Positions 49,031-61,300 of a stretch of DNA of 64,000 nt are shown piece by piece. Where the stretch lies: NCBI RefSeq assembly GCF_001194135.2, contig NC_068986.1, positions 37,213,667-37,277,666 on the forward strand. Reading direction: 5' to 3'. Under the pieces are notes generated by a model. The model saw nothing but the letters and a program-made list of their open reading frames with translations, had not been told where the DNA came from and made no database searches. The translations under genes and the position numbers were made by a program. Source of the stretch: Octopus bimaculoides (lineage: Eukaryota). Positions within the stretch are counted from its first letter, which is position 1. Every line of letters begins with the position of its first letter.

Positions 49031-49199
49031 TCGGTGGCTCGTGCGTGGTGTTATGCTGTTCCTGTGTCTTTGCTGAGTGTTCGGATATGTCCGTTTGTAT
49101 GTGTATATTGCTCTGTGTGTGCGTGCGTGCATGTATGTGCGTATCTATGTTATTGTGAATGGGAATGGTGTATGCTTGCCGTGTGTGCTCGTAGCATGG

Positions 49200-49203
<4 letters not shown>

Positions 49204-49250
<47 letters not shown>
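49204..49250. repeat. (GA)n microsatellite
   Basis: About 23 GA units. Confidence 0.95.
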
Positions 49251-49253
<3 letters not shown>

Positions 49254-49710
49254 CAATTTTAAGACCCTTGTTTACATTCCATAATGATGGAACTTATGAT
49301 ATAAAAACAATGTGGGTTAGCGGTGTTGAATTCTGACAGAGAGTGTGTTTGGTGTGTGGGGCTGGGAGTAAGAATAAAGAGAAGATGCAGAAAAGGTAAG
49401 GGTGACTATACCTACATCTTTGGCAGGGATTGTGTTGGTATAGGGGAGGGGGGGTCTTTACTGAAAATAGAAGCTAAAGAAACAAGGCGACTTTCGTAGG
49501 CTTTTCTCTCTTATCAACCATTATTATTACATCTGTGTATTCAATACTTATACGTACATTCACACATACAAACACACATATATGTAAATATATATATATA
49601 TGTAAATGCACGTCAGCAGCACTGTCCAAAAGAGGTGAGGCAGAGGTACATCGAACTCCGGTCTTAGAAGATAATGGTGTCTCAGAAAATATATGTATAA
49701 CTCACACACA

Positions 49711-49750
<40 letters not shown>

Positions 49751-52700
49751 AAGACTAACGTTTCGAGGAGGGAAGCGTAGCGTGAAAGAAACTTAATACC
49801 TCTTGATGAAAGAAATTGTTCTCAGATCCCTTCCCCATATCCTCTCACGTCTGTGTAGTATTATTGTACAAGGAAACAGTCAAATTATTTATACACAAGT
49901 TGCATGCATTTAGACAAAGAGAGAGAGTAAAAAAAAAAAGTTTTCGAAAAGTGGATAAACTTTAAGCATTGATCATGTCGCTGTATTTGTTTTGTTGATG
50001 GGGCCGATCACAAATATTACTGCCACCAGTACAACTAATGTTTAAAATGTTCTAAACAAGGTACAAAATGTTGTAAGGTTAGGTGTAAGCAAGGCGAGAT
50101 GTACAGTCTAATTATTAATCAATCACCTTCAGTCATTTTTACAACTAGTATCGAATTTTATCGATACTGGAAGGATATTTGAACTCCGAACACTAAATGA
50201 TAGGCTGTTAGTAATCTATCCGTAAAACATTTTGGGCGATGTTCCACAGATTATGTCCACCACCACGACAATTTTCACGCAAATATTTGGTATTAAACAT
50301 GTACAGTCGTAAATATAAGCACCCAGCAAGCGGCATCTGCGACTAAGTTTCGATTCTAGCACTGTCGCTATTTCGTTACACCTTACGCTTTAATCACCTT
50401 AGAACATGCGTGTACTCCATACATAATCATCTTCACCTTATCCTTCTCAATATATTCACTTTTCTAAATATCCAGCGAATGAGCTAAACAGCACTTGTAT
50501 ATTTTTCAAATCACACCTTTACTGTCCTTTAAAAATTAAGGGTTCATTGGTAGACTTAGACACAATGTTCGATAAAACACTGACTGAAATATGTGGTGTA
50601 TGGCTGGAACTCTTAGATTATTAGTCAGTCTGTTCGATCTGTGGTTAAAATAACTACATATCTAAGGACTTGTGTAGCAACTGGATGTAATTAACAAAGG
50701 ACCCGGTGAGGACGAACGCTCCCCCTGCGAACAGAGCCCGCAATTCGGTTTCGATTTGGAAATTGTAGATATTTCACTTAGTGATCCGTATAAAGTTTCT
50801 GGGGAAAAAGGCATGAGTGCCACATGATCTCATTTGCTCCCCACCCTCATACAAAATTTGAACAGCTGTTCATATTGTAAAGAATGCAATAAATATGCAT
50901 GCTTTTCTTCAAAAGTTAAAGACACCAGAATTGAATACAAACATACCATATATATATATATATATATATATACAAATTCCTAATTTCATACGCAACTAGA
51001 AAGCTGAAAAGTTGTACATATAGATAGATAGATAGATAGATAGATCAGCATATATGTATATATAACCAGTGCTTTTCACTTACCTTGAATTATTATTCGG
51101 TTAAAGTTTCAATCAAGACGAAGGTAATAGGCCTCTCAGGACAGTGCATGTAGTAAGTATGAAAAAACCCGAAACAGTGTTTACAATAGCAAGAAATAGT
51201 AAGAAGTGGAAAGCAAAATAAAAAATATTTTTTAAAAATGGAAAATGAAATATATAAATAAATATTTTTGGTCGACGTGAAGTTGACTATAGTACGTGTG
51301 CACACTATATCGCTCTAGCTGTATGAGTGTATATACGTGTGCGTGTGTGTGAGTATGTGTGTTTATGTGTATATATATCGGTGTAAATGTTATATGACTG
51401 GAAAAGAGATAGGAGGTATGAAAGTATGTGTATAGAGTGTGAGAAGGGGAGGGAAACAGATTAAAACAGTATGAGAGAAGGAGAGGGAGGGCGGAAAAAT
51501 AGATAGAAACTGTCAGAGAGAGTGGGGGGAAAAGTGTGAGAGAATGATTAGAGAAAGGGAGGTTTTAATGAAGTTCGAATGAAGATTGTATGAGACAAGT
51601 AAAGGAAAGAGAGAGGAGGAGGAGGGGAAGGAGGAGCAGGCGGTATGTGAGTGAAAGTAAGAGGAGTATATGTGTGTGAGCGATTCCTCTGTCCGATGTG
51701 AGCGTATCTACGTGAATGAATGATATTGAATATGTAAGATTTAATAAGAGAGGGCGGCGACGGTGGTGGTTATATCAGTAGAGTGGCAATGTTAGTAGTA
51801 GTAGTAGTAGTAGTAGTAGAGGTGGTGGTGGTAGTGGTGTCTATAATAATAATAATTATTATTATTATATGGAAGGTTAACTTATAAGTTAGCTCGGTAA
51901 GTGTGATGAGTTGCGCATCGTATGCTCTCTGTTCATTTTCAGCAAGTTTGACAGAAAACAGAAGATACACACAAACATACATACATACATTATACACACA
52001 CATATATATANNNNNNNNNNNNNNNNNNNNNNNNNNNNNNNNNNNNNNNNNNNNNNNNNNNNNNNNNNNNNNNNNNNNNNNNNNNNNNNNNNNNNNNNNN
52101 NNNNNNNNNNNNNNNNNNNNNNNNNNNNNNNNNNNNNNNNNNNNNNNNNNNNNNNNNNNNNNNNNNNNNNNNNNNNNNNNNNNNNNNNNNNNNNNNNNNN
52201 NNNNNNNNNNNNNNNNNNNNNNNNNNNNNNNNNNNNNNNNNNNNNNNNNNNNNNNNNNNNNNNNNNNNNNNNNNNNNNNNNNNNNNNNNNNNNNNNNNNN
52301 NNNNNNNNNNNNNNNNNNNNNNNNNNNNNNNNNNNNNNNNNNNNNNNNNNNNNNNNNNNNNNNNNNNNNNNNNNNNNNNNNNNNNNNNNNNNNNNNNNNN
52401 NNNNNNNNNNNNNNNNNNNNNNNNNNNNNNNNNNNNNNNNNNNNNNNNNNNNNNNNNNNNNNNNNNNNNNNNNNNNNNNNNNNNNNNNNNNNNNNNNNNN
52501 NNNNNNNNNNNNNNNNNNNNNNNNNNNNNNNNNNNNNNNNNNNNNNNNNNNNNNNNNNNNNNNNNNNNNNNNNNNNNNNNNNNNNNNNNNNNNNNNNNNN
52601 NNNNNNNNNNNNNNNNNNNNNNNNNNNNNNNNTTCTTCTTTCTGTTTTTCTCTCTTTTGATTTTTGTATATATATATATATATATGCAAGGCTGCATGTA

Positions 52701-53154
52701 CGTGTAATGTACATGTGTGTTTGAATGTATGATAGTGTATGAATGTTAACGAAGTTAAATTAGTTTTTATTCATCAAACAAGCAGAAAAGGTGTGTGTAT
52801 GTGTGTATGTGTGTGCGTGTTTGTGAATATATGCGTGTGTGCGTGCGCATATGTGCGTATGTTCGACACAGCAGATGAAGCAGAAACGTGAGTGAAAAAA
52901 ACTTGAAAAAAAACTTGTATGTGAGCATATGTGTATGCATGTGTATACACACGTACATACATACATACATAAAGAAAATCATGTGCGTAAAGATAGTGAC
53001 GTTTTTTTATACATATATGGTTCAAAACGAAATAAAGCTAAATTATATATTTAAATCGAAAGACTATAAGAGAAGAGAGAAAGAAAAACAGAAAGGTAGT
53101 ATAGCAACTATAATCCGGAATATGAAAATATAAAAGAGGAGAGGTAAGACTACA

Positions 53155-53189
<35 letters not shown>

Positions 53190-53589
53190 NNNNNNNNNNN
53201 NNNNNNNNNNNNNNNNNNNNNNNNNNNNNNNNNNNNNNNNNNNNNNNNNNNNNNNNNNNNNNNNNNNNNNNNNNNNNNNNNNNNNNNNNNNNNNNNNNNN
53301 NNNNNNNNNNNNNNNNNNNNNNNNNNNNNNNNNNNNNNNNNNNNNNNNNNNNNNNNNNNNNNNNNNNNNNNNNNNNNNNNNNNNNNNNNNNNNNNNNNNN
53401 NNNNNNNNNNNNNNNNNNNNNNNNNNNNNNNNNNNNNNNNNNNNNNNNNNNNNNNNNNNNNNNNNNNNNNNNNNNNNNNNNNNNNNNNNNNNNNNNNNNN
53501 NNNNNNNNNNNNNNNNNNNNNNTTCTTACAGCTCTGAGTGTTAGATAGTCTCATTAAGCAACTGCTGATGTGGACGTTCTAAACCTGCA

Positions 53590-53787
53590 ATTCTACCTCT
53601 TGGCACTTTCTTTCTGTCTTTATTTATTTCTTTCTTTCTTTCTTTCTTTATTTATTTATTTATTAGTTTGGATGGTCACGGTTGTAAAATCAAAGTCGAT
53701 AAATACTACTGACATGCATGGCCTCTCTCATATTGCTTTCTATCTATCCATCTATCTATCTATCTATCTATCTACCTACCTACCTAC

Positions 53788-53835
<48 letters not shown>

Positions 53836-54379
53836 ATCTATCTCTCTCTCTCTCTCTCTCTATATATATANNNNNNNNNNATATATATATATCTTTCTCT
53901 CTCTATCTATCTGTCTGTTTGTCTGTCTATCTATCTATCTGCCTGTCTATCTATCTACCTACCTATCTATCTATCTGCCTGTTTCGTACTCGCTTATATA
54001 GTATTATATAGTATTACACATTATTATATAGTATTTGCTCTTTTCTATCCTTTTCTTCCCCTCCTTTCTCGTTTACAGATATACATACATACACGCATCT
54101 TTCTCTTCAAGCATGTATCTCTCCCACTTATCCTATTTCTATCTGTCTCTCTTTTTTTCTCTCTTTCCCTCTAATTTATATGTCTTTCTTTCTTTCTCTC
54201 TCGTACTCTTTAACACGCTCACGCACGCGTGTGTATGTGTGTATGTGTGTGTGTTCTCATACACATACATCACATACATACGGCTCCGTCACATAATTCA
54301 CAACCTCACTCGAAGACATCTCTCATACACACACATACACATACATGAATTTCTTTCCCGCCCTCTGCCACCTTCAGCG

Positions 54380-54477
<98 letters not shown>

Positions 54478-54644
54478 ACACACACGTACACTAACATCTC
54501 ACACTTGCTTGAACTCTTGTTTCGTTTTGATGTCTTAGGCTCTGCGTGCACACACGTTCGCACGCATGCAATCTATCTATTTCTGCTTATTTTTTTACGC
54601 TCGTATACAGAGGCACGCAACGTTTTCTTTCAATCCCCCATTCA

Positions 54645-54675
<31 letters not shown>

Positions 54676-55290
54676 GATTGTATATAGACATAAATATACA
54701 CAATATATACACACAGACATAATATCCTCCTCTATTTATATTCTGCCCCTTACTACAGATTTCTTTTCTCCTATATATACATATATATATCTTTTCCTCT
54801 TTCTCTGTTTTTCTCTATCTCTTTTTCTATATATCTATTTTTTCCTTTTCTGTCTCTCTATATATCTCTCTCTTTCGCTTTCACGTTCTTTATTTCTCTT
54901 TCTTTTACATAATTTCTCTCAAAGTATCTCTTTCTTTGTTTCTCTCTATCGATCTCGCTTTTCCTCTCTAGCTATGACTCTTTTTCTTTCTCTATCTCTC
55001 TCTCTCTCTCTCTCTCTCGCTCTCAATATATCTCTCTTTCTCTTTGTCCATTACTCCCAATCTATATCCTTCCTTATCTAATAATCTCTTTCTTTTTCGC
55101 TATTTCTCTCTATGTATCTCTTTCTTTCTCCTTATCCCTATATCGCTCGTCTTCTTTCCCTTTCTCTCTCTCTCTATCCCTCACACACAATCTACTTTTC
55201 TTTCTATCTCTCATACTCTATACTTATCTCTTTCGTTCTCTCTCATTGATAATATTTCAACCGTCTTTCACTTAAGTGAGCGCACACACA
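53590..55290. repeat. Compound low-complexity tract: (TCTA)n, (CT)n, (CA)n
   Basis: (TCTA)n 53745-53980, (CA)n 54387-54475 (about 44 units), degenerate CT-rich sequence to 55.3 kb. Confidence 0.9.
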
Positions 55291-55294
55291 AGTA

Positions 55295-55363
55295 GAGTGT
55301 GGTTATACACAAACGCACGGAGAGGGGACATCTCCGCGCGTTTGTGTATAACCAGACACGCTC
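55295..55363. ncRNA. Pre-miRNA-like hairpin (candidate only)
   Basis: 23-bp stem 55301-55323 / 55331-55353 with one mismatch, 7-nt loop GGGGACA, lower stem GAGTGT/ACGCTC. No TSD. Confidence 0.35.
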
Positions 55364-56414
55364 GACTCGCTAAAAGTAGCGGAGAATTTCCTCCGAATTA
55401 CATTCGACCGTTTAAAGACATAACCTGAACAAAGCGTGTTTTGCAGAGGCGCGCGAAACATCTTCACTTTATCTGTCGAGACAAAGAAGAAACAAAAAAA
55501 AACACCTCCCCCCATGCTTTGTAATTCTCTCCCTCTTTCGCTTTCTTTCTCTCAATTAGTAAGTCTGAAACTATCTCGTTTCTTTTACACTTTCTTCTCT
55601 CTCTCTCCCTCTCTCACCTTTTCTCTTCTCCACTCTACTACTCTTCCCACTCTCTCCCCCATCTCTCTCTTTCTCACGCACGCGCTCATCCACACTGCAT
55701 ACTCGACTGGTGCTCTCTCCCGTTACATCAAGTTTCGCGAATATTCGATCAATCAGACGGCCACAAACATTTAGGAAACTTCAGGTAACGACACAAGACA
55801 TCAACCGAACAAATACAGTTACATTGCACACCAGGTATTGAGTACTTTTTCTTCCTCTCCTTCATTATAAACAGCAAACGTACGCACATATAGACTGAAA
55901 CAAGTAAAAGAACACACATACACACACACACATGCACACAAGAGAGCATACACATACACAGCTGACAGTATTGGGCTGTCCCTTCATCTGCTGTCAACTA
56001 GATTATCATAAAGGTTTCTGCATTCTTCGACAGAACTGCTCCTCAGTGTCAAGCAGCATGGAGGTTACCAGGAAATATCAAGGACCCCCCCCCCATCTCT
56101 GTTAGCCATACAGTCTTCTCACCAAATAAGATATAGTAACTATTACCCATCTCATTTCTGAGGATATATTATTTACTCTCAATTTTGATATTTCTCTATG
56201 TACCTACTTCTGCCATACAAACGTGATGTAATGTTCTTTGCATCTCTCTGAAGATTGCAAGGTCATTGTTCTACAATCTACTTCCAAGTCCAATACAAAA
56301 TCCCTGGTAGAAAGTTATACATATTTCAGAACAACCTTTAGGTTAGTGTTTCTTAAAGTAGGGCACACACTTCGAAATAGAGCGTAAATAACAAGTGAAT
56401 AAAACTAGCAGTAT

Positions 56415-56672
56415 GGAGGCGCAACGGCCCAGTGGTTAGGGCAGCGAACTCGCGGTCGAAGGATCCCCAGACCGGGCGTTGTGAGTGTTTATTGAGCGAA
56501 AACACCTAAGCTCCACGAGGCTCCGGCAGGGGATGGTGGTGACCCCTGTTGTACTCTTTCGCCCCAACTTTCACTCTTTCTTCCTGGCGTCCCGTCCAGC
56601 TGGGGGGAACACATACGCCATAGAAACCGAGAAACCGGGCCCATGAGCCTGGCTAGGCTTTGAAAGGGCGAA
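56415..56672 (+). mobile_element. SINE with family-B head and a different tail (about 260 bp, possibly Octopus OR2)
   Basis: Same 5' region as 35147, then CTGGCGTCCCGTCCAG...GAAACCGAGAAACCGGGCCCATGAG. Flanks AAA(C/A)TAGCAGTA form a TSD. Confidence 0.85.
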
Positions 56673-56783
56673 AGAAAATAGCAGTAAAGTTTTAGATAAT
56701 AGTTATATATATGCGCGCGTGTGTGTATGTATGTATGTATGTATGTATATACACACACACAAACACGTACATACATATGCGTA

Positions 56784-57036
56784 AAGGTGCGTATTTTAGT
56801 GGTTAGTGTATTCAGCGCACGATTGTAAGATCATAAATTCGATTCCCAGCATTGAGCAAGGGACTTTATTTCCCGTTGCTCCAGTTCACTCAGCTAGCAA
56901 AAATGAGTTTATCACATTCTGTGTCAATCTGAATCTCCCTACCTTAAGGGTACACGTGTCTGTGATGTGCTGGGAACCTTACACGTGAAGTTCACGAGCA
57001 GGCTGTTCGGTTGATCGAATCAACTGAAATACTTCG
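56784..57036 (+). mobile_element. CORE-like SINE with family-B tail, decayed
   Basis: TAGTGGTTAG...TTCGATTCCC, TTGAGCAAG..ACTTTATTTC..GTTGCTCCAG, tail TAAGGGTACACGTGTCTGTG...GAGCAGGCTGTTC. Confidence 0.75.
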
Positions 57037-57269
57037 AACAAACAGAAAATTCGTAAAGTTTACTTCTGTCGTAGTCACTTCATTTAATCGGTTCTGAAAA
57101 AAAAAAATTGCTGAGACTATTATGTAATATAAATTATATAATACGCAAGAATGAACCGTTTTCATCAGGGTCTGTAAACATGATATGCGATACGTCACTT
57201 CAAGTTGTCGAAATAATAAGCATTATATGAATAAGCGTTAACTCCACTCTTCATGTATGCACGCACGCA

Positions 57270-57410
57270 CACTCACACACGCACACGACGGATTTCCATA
57301 TTCCTTCACATGGCATTTGTCGTCCGAAGGCTATAGTAGAAGGTACATGCCCAAGGTTGCTGTGCCGTGGGACTGAAATGAATACCACGTGGTTGCATTG
57401 CAAGCTTAAC
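57270..57410 (-). mobile_element. SINE family A 5' fragment
   Basis: GGCTATAGTAGAAG...GCCCAAGG...GTGGGACTGAA. Confidence 0.65.
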
Positions 57411-57435
57411 TTTAAAAAAAAGAAACCTGAAATAC

Positions 57436-57582
57436 TGGTTTCAAATTCTAGCACAAAGCCAGCAATTTCGGGACTGATAGGTAAACCGATTACATCGTTC
57501 CCACTCCTCAACTGGTGCTTATGTTATTGACCCCAAAGGATGAAAAGCAACGTTAACCTCGGCGGAATTTGAACCCAGAACG
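57436..57582 (-). mobile_element. SINE family C 3' part
   Basis: GGTTTCAAATT...AAAGGATGAAAAGC...CTCGGCGGAATTTGAACCCAGAACG. Confidence 0.8.
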
Positions 57583-57866
57583 CATCAACTACGTGTAACA
57601 TTAAGATAAATCTCGTTATTACTCACAGTTCCATTAACAACGACAATAAGAGTAACAACTACAATATCAACTAAAATAATAGATTTCGCAGTGGGAATAA
57701 ATATGCATAACTGAATACCTATCCTTATGGCATCCGTTTATAGTAGGGTGGTGCTATTGTAAGTAGTCACACGCGGCAAACCAGTAACCGGAACTAAATT
57801 ACCCAGGCCTATATGTACATTAAAAGGGTGGGAGTGTTGAAATATTCTAAGTAAAAGAGATTTGGT

Positions 57867-58191
57867 GAAGGCGCGTGGCTTAGTGGTTAGGGTAATCGGC
57901 TGACGATTGGAAGGTCGAGAATTCGATTCCCGGTGGCGCGTCGTGTTCTTGAGCAAGACACTTTATTTCACGTTACTCTAATCCACTTAGCCGACAAAAA
58001 TGAGTTATATCTGTTATTCAAAGGGCCGGCCTTGTCTATTCTTGTGTCGTGCCGAATCTCCATTAGAACTACGTTAAGGGTACGCATGTCTGTGGAGTGC
58101 TCAGCCACTGGAACGTTAATTTCGCGAGCAGGCTGTTCTGTTGATCGGATTAATTGGAACCTTCGTCGTCGCAACGGACAGAGTGCCAAAC
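57867..58191 (+). mobile_element. CORE-like SINE with family-B tail, full-length
   Basis: A-box TGGCTTAGTGG, TTCGATTCCC, CORE-like CTTGAGCAAGACACTTTATTTCACG, tail CGTCGTCGCAACGGACAGAGTGCCAA. Confidence 0.85.
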
Positions 58192-58267
58192 ACAACTGCC
58201 ACTTCGCTGTCTGAGCTTCAAACTCTCTTGTTTACCAACATGACCATCTGAATCTACCAGCTTCAAA

Positions 58268-58350
58268 TATTGCTTTCAAATTTTGACACAAGGCCTGTAA
58301 TTTGTGGAGAAGGGGTTTTGTCGATTACATCGACCCCAGTATTAAACTGG
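58268..58350 (-). mobile_element. SINE family C tail fragment
   Basis: TTTCAAATTTTGACACAAGGCC...GTCGATTACATCGACCCCAGT. Confidence 0.75.
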
Positions 58351-58579
58351 TACGAGTCCTTTCTGTTTGGCTAATACTTTTCAATTTCTTCAATTTTGTT
58401 CCCGTTTTCTTTTTTGGTCATTTTTCGCTTATTAAATGCTTATAACACATGCTATCGTCGCAATGTTGATATTGTTTTTAGTCGTCTTACGATTACAGTC
58501 AGGCACAAAATGACAGCTTCCAAATCCTGTTTTGTAACTGGGTAAAAACTTTAACCCTCTGTATCTTCTTAAAATTACG

Positions 58580-58803
58580 GTCACTTAAACAAACCAACGC
58601 CGATCGTCAAGCAGCGGTGAGATGACAAATACACAGGACTTCTTTCAGATTCCGTCTGCCAAATCCACTCACAAAACTTTGGTCTATGCGAGGCTATAGT
58701 AGAAGACACTTGATTCCGGGTTCAACCACATGATTCCGGGTTCAGTGGACTGAACTCGGAATCATGTGGTTGGGAAGCGAACTTCTTACCACACAGCTAT
58801 GCC
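58580..58803 (-). mobile_element. SINE family A with internal fold-back rearrangement
   Basis: Normal body and head, but 58711-58746 is replaced by inverted and direct copies of the head sequence. Confidence 0.85.
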
Positions 58804-59106
58804 AATACTTTGCACAGTTTTTAATACTCACAGACGCATAATTTGTTTTATAAATACAGTCTTTTATTTATTCATTTATCTATCTATTTATTTATTTATT
58901 TATTTTACACCGAATTGCCAAATCTACGAGTACACAGTCTTATATACTCGTACACATAGTATATCAGCTAAGTCAGAATGTCTCTGAGTGTACAGCTGGA
59001 GAAAAGAGATGAGGAGAAAGATCAAGGAGAGGAGAATTGGAAGGAAGAAGAGATTGAGGAGGTGATGCTGATGGTGATATTGTCGTCGTCTTCAACCCTA
59101 GTTAGT

Positions 59107-59487
59107 GGAGGCGCAATGGCCCAGTGGTTAGAGCAGCGGACTCGCGGTCATAGGATCGCGGTTTCGATTCCCAGACCGGTCGTTGTGAGTGTTTATTGAG
59201 CGAAAACACTTAAAGCTCTACGAGGCTCCGGCAGGGGATAGTGGCGAACCCTGCTGTACTCTTTCACCACAACTTTCTCTCACTCTTACTTCCTGTTTCT
59301 GTTGTGCCTGTAATTCAAAGGGTCAGCCTTGTCACACTGTGTCACGCTGAATATCCCAGAGAACTACGTTAAGGGTACACGTGTCTGTGGAGTGCTCAGC
59401 TACATGCACGTTAATTTCATGAGCAAGCTGTTCCGTTGATCGGATCAACTGGAACCCTCGACGTCGTAAGCGACGGAGTGCCAACAA
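59107..59487 (+). mobile_element. SINE family B, full-length, young; inserted into a family D repeat
   Basis: About 18 substitutions versus 35147-35527; ends GGAGTGCCAACAAC. Confidence 0.93.
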
Positions 59488-59614
59488 CAACCCTGGTCAA
59501 GCAAACAACCTCTGATCAAAGTCATCGTAATCGTAGCCTTGCGCATCTCGTCCGTCTTTTAAGCGGTGAACAGAATTACATTATCCAATGTGCTTCGTTG
59601 TATATTTAAAACGG

Positions 59615-59772
59615 ACAACCAGCGTTGGTGTGATTGCGTCCCCGTAAATTAGCGGCACGGCAAAAGACACCGATGGAATAAGTAATGGAGTCGATTCATT
59701 CGACTACGATTTCTTCAAGGCGGTGCCCCCAGCATGGCCTCAGTCTAATGGCTGAAACAAGTAAAATATAAA
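59615..59772 (+). mobile_element. SINE family A 3' half
   Basis: GACAACCAGCGTTGGTGTG...GGCGGTGCCCCCAGCATGGCC...GAAACAAGTAAAA. Confidence 0.8.
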
Positions 59773-61149
59773 AGAATGGATTGCTCGACTGAGGTTGACC
59801 TGAAGCTATACAAGAAGAGCAGCAATCGCAACAACAACTACAACGATAACAATTGCAACAACAATAGCAACAACATCAGTTGAGACTGCTGAAGCAAGTG
59901 TTGCAAGTAAAATAGAAACCATGTTAAGTCCCTGAGTGGTTTATCGACCTGCTAGAAATACCAGCCAAAACTTACCCAAATTTACACCCCTCTCTCTTCA
60001 ATAATTGAGGACTATTTTGGTCTGTGTAAGTTTCAAACATTGTCATGCGCGAGAGAAAGATGAGGTGCTCTTAACTGATTTCGGTCTAAACAACAATAAC
60101 AACCAAAAGTGTCGATGCTCTAGGAAACTATGTAAATCTCTTAATTAGAAAATGGATTTTTTACATGAGCATTAGATAAGACCCCTTATTTTGTGAGGGT
60201 GACGGGAAAGGCAAAATCGATTAAATCGGACACAATACTTCAGTGGCATTTTATTTTATTGATTCTAGAAGAACAAAAGACAATGTTGTTAACCCTGGCC
60301 GGAAGTGAACTCACAAAGTAAAGGTTCGTAAGTAAATACTGTCACGTGGTGCCAACGATTTTGACGCCATCTTCTAGTATTCCTCCCAGATTTTTGTGAA
60401 AGGTGAGAGGAAAATGTCGCGCCCATTTAACAATTGTGATACTGTTGTTGATACAGCTTATCATATCTCTGATCAAATATGCGTTGCTGTTCAGATATTT
60501 TGTTAGGCGCTCTCTACATTTTTCCAATCCACACAATCCACACACGGCTCTGTTAATAGTAATACTGAGGCTTTTTTTGCTATAATGCAAAATCCCTGTT
60601 TTGGTTATATTAAACATGTGTAAGTCGTGCATGGCTTCGTAGATAGAGCGTTCATGAACAAGATGTCTAGGATCATAATGTCGAGATCATAATTTCTGGG
60701 CCATGCGGCATGTTGTGTCACCGAACAAGACAATTCTTTTCACGTTGATCCACTCCATTCATACATTAATGTAACTGTAACTCGGGTTTCCTCATCTAGA
60801 TATGCAGTTCATTACTTCATAAAGAATCTCAAATCTTTTGGGCGCTGATGATGTTATTGTTATTGTTAAGGCAGGGAATAAACAGAGTAGTGTGAACGTT
60901 GAAAAGAATACCTCACTGTATTTGCTTTGATCATCGATCCATCGGCGAGGCAAGTTTTAATACATTAGGAATTTATTGTACACAACTTCCGGCAAATTCC
61001 CTATTGACTTCTTTAATATCTAAATTCATGTCACAAGTCCCTGTGAGTTCTTTTCTTTTACTTCTTATTCGTTTAAAAAAATGATATACATACATATGCG
61101 TGCGCATGTATGAATAATGGAAACTATCATTGAGGGCGACATGCTAGCA

Positions 61150-61300
61150 TCCAGTCGTTCGATCAACTGAGCTAATAACGCATTAAATTAGCGTGTAAGT
61201 GGCTGAGTATTCTGCAGACTCATGTATCCTTAATATAGTTCTGATAGAGTCAAATCTATACAACTCTGACAAGGTCGAAGCTTTGAATTACAGATAGAAT
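61150..61300 (-). mobile_element. SINE family B tail, decayed
   Basis: TCGATCAACTG...AAATTAGCGTGTAAGTGGCTGAG...CCTTAATATAGTTCT. Confidence 0.6.
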
